A program made the translations under genes and the position numbers. The notes below the pieces were generated by a model that was given only the letters and a program-made list of their open reading frames with translations, did no database searches and was not told the DNA's origin. Positions 59,046 through 64,000 of a stretch of 64,000 nt of DNA are shown here, piece after piece. Source of the DNA: Patescibacteria group bacterium (lineage in GTDB: Bacteria; Patescibacteriota; Minisyncoccia; Phycocordibacterales; Phycocordibacteraceae); the NCBI GenBank assembly GCA_038064695.1, contig JBBTSO010000004.1, positions 15,792 through 79,791 of the forward strand, in the 5' to 3' direction. Every line of letters begins with the position of its first letter. Within the stretch, counting starts at the first letter, position 1.

Positions 59046-60740
59046 TCAATAATTAAGCTCTTTGAGATATCCTTCGACTTTTTTATCAAGCTCCGTACGT
59101 TCCTTCTCAAGAACAGCGAGCTCCTTGCGCACAGCAGAGACGTCAACCTCTTCCTCCTTGTCACCATTTTCAATATAGCGACGCACATTAAGATTGAACT
59201 CATTTGCCTCTATCTCTTTGAGATCAACGACCCGGGTGTAGTTATCAATATCCTTAAAGCCGTCATACGCTTTGACGATCTTCTGAATGTCCTGGTAGCG
59301 AAGAGAGTTCTGATTCTTACCCTCAGAAAAGTCCTTTTCACCATCGACAATAAGCACCTTACCTTTGCGAGCTTCTGGCTTGTTTTTGTTGAAGATAAGA
59401 ATCGCTGCTGGAATACTTGTGCCGTAGAAAAGCTTTGATGGGAGTGCGATCACCGCCTCAATGAGATCGTTCTTGAGTATTTGCTCGCGAATACGACCTT
59501 CAGACCCACCTCTAAACAGCACCCCGTGTGGGAGCACGATACCAGCGCGCCCATTCGAATTCATCGATTTAATGATGTGAAGTACGAATGCATAATCAGC
59601 GTTCTTGTTCGGCGGCAATTCATATCCGTCGATACGGCCATATTTGTCCGACTTGAACATCTCATACTCCCAGTCGTTGATTGAGTACGGAGGGTTTGCG
59701 ACACAGATATCAAATGACTTGAGACTGCCATTCGGATTCAGAAACTGTGGGTTAGCCAAAGTATCTCCACGTAGAATGTCGGCGCTGTCGAGACCATGAA
59801 GAAACATGTTGATCTTCGCAATTGCGTATGTACCAATGTTGATCTCTTGGCCGTAGAGATAGAGAGTGCGTGCAACTTGTTCGCCCTCTTTTTCTTTCAA
59901 ATGATGGAACGCTTCAAGAAGGAACCCGCCTGATCCGACCGTAGGGTCGTAGATGTGATCCTTTTTGTGCGGCTTGAGTATTTGTATGATGACGCGCTCT
60001 ACCTCACGCGGAGTATAAAACTCACCTCCTTTCTTCCCAGCGTCAGCCGCGAATTGCTTGATGAGGTATTCGTATGCGTCACCAAGAACGTCGGAGTTAA
60101 TGTAAGTGTCGCCAAAGTTATACTGCGAGAAGTGGTTTATGAGACGCTGTGTCGTTTCGTTCGGGAATCGGTCCTTGTTTGCAAAATCGAGATCGTCAAA
60201 AATTCTGTCGAGTTTCGGGCTGTTTGCATTTGCGAGCTTTTCAAAAATCTCATTGAGTTTCTTGCCGATATTCTCAGCCTTCTCTTCAACGACGGCCCAA
60301 CGGCACTCCTTTGGTACTTGAAAGCGGTGATTGTAGTCTGCCCGCGCGATTGTTTCGTCTTTGAACTCATCCATCACCCGCGCGTACTCCTCATCCCACA
60401 CGTCGCTGATGCGTTTAAAAAAGAGGAGGCCGAAGATGTACTTTTTATAGTCGGAGCTATCAATTTTGCCGCGCAGAATGTCGGCGCTCTTCCAGAGAAA
60501 TTGTTCAAGCTGCGGAAGAGTAAGCTTGCTCCCCATCTTATCGACGATCGTCTGGATGTCTTGGGGGCGGTATTTACGATCCCCACGTTTACCAGAACGC
60601 ATAGGCACTAAAATGCCCTCCTTTTCCCAGTTACGGAGAGTGTCCGGATGGATATTAAAAATCTCTGCCACTTGGCCGATAGAGAGGAGGTCGGGCTTAT
60701 CCTTGAGCTTTGCTTGGATGTCTTTTCTCATAATCTTCAT
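59046..60740 (-). CDS. hsdM: Type I R-M N6-adenine methyltransferase with N-terminal MerR-like HTH
   Basis: LWKSADILRG, GEFYTP, DPTVGSGG, NPPY, PHGVLFRG; N-terminal SIGQVAEIFNIHPDTLRNWE. Confidence 0.95.
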   Translation of the reverse strand: MKIMRKDIQAKLKDKPDLLSIGQVAEIFNIHPDTLRNWEKEGILVPMRSGKRGDRKYRPQDIQTIVDKMGSKLTLPQLEQFLWKSADILRGKIDSSDYKKYIFGLLFFKRISDVWDEEYARVMDEFKDETIARADYNHRFQVPKECRWAVVEEKAENIGKKLNEIFEKLANANSPKLDRIFDDLDFANKDRFPNETTQRLINHFSQYNFGDTYINSDVLGDAYEYLIKQFAADAGKKGGEFYTPREVERVIIQILKPHKKDHIYDPTVGSGGFLLEAFHHLKEKEGEQVARTLYLYGQEINIGTYAIAKINMFLHGLDSADILRGDTLANPQFLNPNGSLKSFDICVANPPYSINDWEYEMFKSDKYGRIDGYELPPNKNADYAFVLHIIKSMNSNGRAGIVLPHGVLFRGGSEGRIREQILKNDLIEAVIALPSKLFYGTSIPAAILIFNKNKPEARKGKVLIVDGEKDFSEGKNQNSLRYQDIQKIVKAYDGFKDIDNYTRVVDLKEIEANEFNLNVRRYIENGDKEEEVDVSAVRKELAVLEKERTELDKKVEGYLKELNY

Positions 60741-60887
60741 TAATATCCTATCTGACTGCAAATACAAAGTCAAGTGTTCATAGGTCTTCATAGGTTAATA
60801 ACCTAACTTACGTTGCAAAATAAGGATAATTTGGTTATCCACTACCGCACTAGACTTCCTGACCCGGGTCCGGCTATATGTAGCTGT

Positions 60888-62207
60888 ATGGAAAACGCGA
60901 CCCTTTATGGGGCCCAAATAGCCGCCCCTACCCCTCAGGAGGCCGTAGCGATCCGTTATTGCCTGTATGCTCGTAAATCCAGTGTAGCAGAGGAGAAACA
61001 AGCCTTATCGGTAGAATCCCAAGTTAAGGAGATGCTGGCGGTAGCCCAGCGGGAAAATCTTGAAATAGTGGACATTTACCGGGAATCTCATTCGGCCAAG
61101 GCCTGTGGAGAAAGACCTGTCTTTAATCAGCTCTTGAGCGACATCCGGGCAGAGAAATTCAACGGGGTCCTTGTATGGCATCCTGACCGGCTCAGCAGGA
61201 ATGCCGGCGACCTGGGTGCGATCGTAGACCTCTTTGATCAAAAGAAACTCATTGAAATAAAGACTCACAGCCAGCGCTTCACAAATAATCCGAATGAAAA
61301 ATTCCTGCTCATGATTCTTGGTAGCCAAGCAAAGCTGGAGAACGACAACAAAAGCATCAACGTAAAGCGTGGGTTGAAAACTAAGTGCGAACTGGGGCTC
61401 TGGCCGTCGGTGGCACCGACAGGATATTTGAATAGTAAAAACGTAACGCAGAAAGGTCAGGTGTTTGTGGATCCCGAAAGAGCACCTCTCATTAAGGAAC
61501 TTTTTACAAAGTTTGCACACCACGGCATGAGTGGCAGAAAAATCTTTCGTTGGCTTCGCGAGATAGGTTTCCTTACCCGAACTGGCAAACCACTGACGCT
61601 AAGCAACATATACGTTATCTTAAACAACCACTTTTATTACGGTGCTTTTGAATATCCCAAGGCAAGCGGTAGATGGTACCAGGGTAGCCACACTCCCCTC
61701 ATCACCAAGGGGCTCTTTGATGATGTACAGAAACAACTGCAACTACAACGCAAGATTAAGGGAAAGAACAAGGAGTTCGCATTCACGAAGCTAATGACCT
61801 GCGGGCTGTGCGGTTCGGGGATCAGCGCAGAGGAGAAATATAAAAATCTGAAAGACGGATCCGTTGCCAAGTACATCTACTATGGCTGTACCCGGGCACG
61901 AGACATAAACTGCAAGGGTGGATATCTCGAGGAGAGGCAACTTGTCACTCAGTTATTGGAGCTGATGGATAAGGTGGATCTCGACAAATCCGGTATACGA
62001 AAAAAGTTAGAGATGGAGATCGAGCGACATAAAAAGTTCCACTCAAACATTATGGGCAAAAAAGAGGAGGAGTATCGAGCAAAAGATGTCGACATACGAA
62101 ATTACGCAAAGTATGTTTTGAACGAAGGATCCATCTTTGAGAAACGTGACTTGATTGGATGCCTACGTAGCAAAGTGCAGATCTCAAATAAGCGCATATC
62201 CATCTAA
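60888..62207 (+). CDS. Large serine recombinase
   Basis: YARKSS, S..SQ, DRLSRN, PTGY, zinc ribbon CGLCG...YYGC...C. Confidence 0.93.
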   Translation: MENATLYGAQIAAPTPQEAVAIRYCLYARKSSVAEEKQALSVESQVKEMLAVAQRENLEIVDIYRESHSAKACGERPVFNQLLSDIRAEKFNGVLVWHPDRLSRNAGDLGAIVDLFDQKKLIEIKTHSQRFTNNPNEKFLLMILGSQAKLENDNKSINVKRGLKTKCELGLWPSVAPTGYLNSKNVTQKGQVFVDPERAPLIKELFTKFAHHGMSGRKIFRWLREIGFLTRTGKPLTLSNIYVILNNHFYYGAFEYPKASGRWYQGSHTPLITKGLFDDVQKQLQLQRKIKGKNKEFAFTKLMTCGLCGSGISAEEKYKNLKDGSVAKYIYYGCTRARDINCKGGYLEERQLVTQLLELMDKVDLDKSGIRKKLEMEIERHKKFHSNIMGKKEEEYRAKDVDIRNYAKYVLNEGSIFEKRDLIGCLRSKVQISNKRISI

Positions 62208-62220
62208 CTCATTGCAAAAA

Positions 62221-62252
62221 GAAAAACCGCTGAGATTAGTCAGCGGTTTTTC
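62221..62252. terminator. Bidirectional intrinsic terminator
   Basis: GAAAAACCGCTGA-GATTAG-TCAGCGGTTTTTC. Confidence 0.8.
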
Positions 62253-62344
62253 TTCTCTGAATACGGCGCTCAGCCGGTATGCCATGACGGGATGGAGTTA
62301 TCTAGTTTCGACGGCTTTAGGTCCATCGATACTAAACTAGACTG

Positions 62345-62415
62345 CTGGGAGACTTGGATTCGAACCAAGATTGACTGCTCCAGAGGCAGTAGTCCTACCA
62401 TTAGACGATCTCCCA
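62345..62415 (-). tRNA. tRNA-Gln (CTG)
   Basis: TGGGAGA/TCTCCCA-G; ACTGC CT CTG GA GCAGT. Confidence 0.94.
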
Positions 62416-62500
62416 GCTGTATTCACGAATCAAAGAACAACTTTTTCATTACCGAGTGAGCGCTGAAAGGAAGCTTTGCTTACCACTAGACGATCTCCCA
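62398..62500 (+). repeat. 85-nt structured element plus 20-nt duplicate of the tRNA-Gln 5' end
   Basis: 62481-62500 matches 62396-62415 at 19/20; element ends CCGAGTG..GAAGC TTT GCTTA. Confidence 0.8.
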
Positions 62501-62598
62501 ATATCCGCTCAGCGTATATGAAAAAGGCTCTTTTTTCAATCTAAAGTTCCCATACTATGAAAACTTATTTTTCTGCATTGCTAAGAGGTTGAAAAACT

Positions 62599-63831
62599 CT
62601 AGTACACCCCGGCTTCTTGTAGGTATGAGTTGAAGAATTGTTTGCAGTCGAAGTCGCCTTCGGTGGTGGCACCTTGGCCGCACTCATTTTGTGCAGGGTC
62701 AGGTATGCCGCAGATTGTGCCGTGGCAGTGGTAGTAGGCGCATTTGTCGGGCTTGGCAAGATGCAAGGCAGTGGGGAAGGCACGTTGGCGTGCTTCATTT
62801 TCTTTCCTAATCTGTTCTTCTCGCGCTCTGATTTTTGCTTCTACGTCGTGCAATTCTTGTTCAAGTGCTTCTTTCTCGGCGAGCCTTCTCTCACGAAGGT
62901 TTTTATAAAAATCTAAGCCGGACTCAATGTTCACTTTGCGTTCAGCGCGAAGCGCGTTTAGTGCACCCTCAAACTGGGTTTTGGTACTTTCGGGCGGAAT
63001 GTAGGTGTCCACTTCGCTCAAATCAACACGAAGTTTGCTTTCGCGCTTCGTTATGTTTTCTATACTGTCATCAACTGCTTGTATTTCGCCAGGTATGGCG
63101 GCCGCTCGGGCACGCAGTGCGGCGAGTTCTGGGTCAAGCGCAGGGTCTAAGAGTCGGCAGCTCGCAAGGTTTGTTGGTGTGTCACCCTCTCCGGATTCAC
63201 CATCGCGAATAGGGTCGGTGAAGGCGTCTTTTCCTTTCGGAGGGTTACATGCTTTTTCTCTCGCGTCTAAGCCCGCGAGGCCTGCGTTAAGTGCTGCACG
63301 GAGCGCCTGTGTGTTTTGTGTAAAGGTGGCTTGGGTTGCCGCCATAGACGCGTCGTAGGCGTCAAAACACGCCTTAGTGTCGGACGCTTCGTATGGAATA
63401 TCGGGTTTCGGCGGGTTTGCGGCGCGACACTGGTCTAAGGCACCTTTCGCGTCTTTGTAGTTTTTATACGCGATGTCGCGCTTTGCAAAGTAGTTTTGAA
63501 ATTCTGCGTACGAAGCACTGTCCGGAGGTGAGGGGATGTCATTAAATCCGCTGACGGCTTCGTCGCGTACTTTTTGTTCGTTAGCGCACGGGTCGGTGGG
63601 CGAGGCACTGAGGCATGCGCTTAAACGTTCCTCCGCAGCCGACCGCTCTTCTGCAAATACTTCCACACTTGCTGCAACTCCCGCATCGTAGAGCCCCTGG
63701 AGTTCTACACGCGCCTCGTCTATCGCGTCGCACGCTATAGCACTGGCATTAAAACTTTGGAGAGCGAGAATGATACCGGCAACCGCCACAGCGGCTACTA
63801 CGACGGCCCCGGCAAGGGTGCGTGAATTCAT
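62599..63831 (-). CDS. Exported Cys-rich, coiled-coil hypothetical protein
   Basis: N-terminal TM/signal, spaced Cys, C-terminal CAYYHCHGTIC..C..C. Confidence 0.75.
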   Translation of the reverse strand: MNSRTLAGAVVVAAVAVAGIILALQSFNASAIACDAIDEARVELQGLYDAGVAASVEVFAEERSAAEERLSACLSASPTDPCANEQKVRDEAVSGFNDIPSPPDSASYAEFQNYFAKRDIAYKNYKDAKGALDQCRAANPPKPDIPYEASDTKACFDAYDASMAATQATFTQNTQALRAALNAGLAGLDAREKACNPPKGKDAFTDPIRDGESGEGDTPTNLASCRLLDPALDPELAALRARAAAIPGEIQAVDDSIENITKRESKLRVDLSEVDTYIPPESTKTQFEGALNALRAERKVNIESGLDFYKNLRERRLAEKEALEQELHDVEAKIRAREEQIRKENEARQRAFPTALHLAKPDKCAYYHCHGTICGIPDPAQNECGQGATTEGDFDCKQFFNSYLQEAGVY

Positions 63832-63912
63832 ATCTAAAAACAGTATACTCCTGTTTTGATGCAAGGGTAGTATTCCTCCTCACCCATACAACCTTTTTGC
63901 TACAATACTGCT

Positions 63913-64000
63913 ATGGACTTAAGTTTTGTTGAACCGAAGACCGTTTTTTTAATTCTGCACCTCGTGGGGCTGGCGTTAGGTGTTGGGGGAGCGTTGATAT
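63913..64000 (+). CDS. Membrane protein, 5' part (runs off window)
   Basis: MDLSFVEPKTVFLILHLVGLALGVGGALI; TGcTACAAT 6 nt upstream. Confidence 0.6.
   Translation, partial: MDLSFVEPKTVFLILHLVGLALGVGGALI

Larger units (their letters stand above)
48700..62340. mobile_element. Putative integrative defence island adjacent to tRNA-Gln
   Basis: Serine recombinase at the tRNA-proximal end, type I R-M, toxin-like and phage-like genes; boundaries approximate, no att repeat seen. Confidence 0.7.

Overview
The window looks like chromosome from a reduced-genome bacterium, most consistent with Patescibacteria/CPR (Parcubacteria-like; inferred from gene content and style, standard code 11). The housekeeping part (1-48.7 kb) holds infC-rpmI-rplT, tmRNA/smpB, ftsH, recG, malic enzyme, zwf, a complete type IV pilus/competence locus, ligA, gatCA, guaB-add-guaA, a truncated prfB, ftsEX, pyrG, msrA and seven intact tRNAs. 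A ~13.6 kb defence island (large serine recombinase, type I R-M with two inserted accessory genes, HEPN- and PemK-like proteins) lies next to an eighth, tRNA-Gln. The most striking signal is non-coding: about 11 copies of one structured element family, mostly ~73-90 nt (outer stem / AGCGAG-hairpin-CGAGYG core / short terminal hairpin ending TTA or TA). Copies sit at tRNA 5' ends, in a tRNA-Ile anticodon loop (where a longer 231-nt copy encloses a second intact tRNA-Ile(UAU)), upstream of the major pilin, and in-frame at the prepilin cleavage codons of two minor pilins. A second cassette type mirrors and duplicates tRNA/tmRNA 3' ends, and bipartite heptamer repeats fill the pilin leader peptides. 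All calls were made by eye; no searches or folding programs were run, so novelty is unverified.
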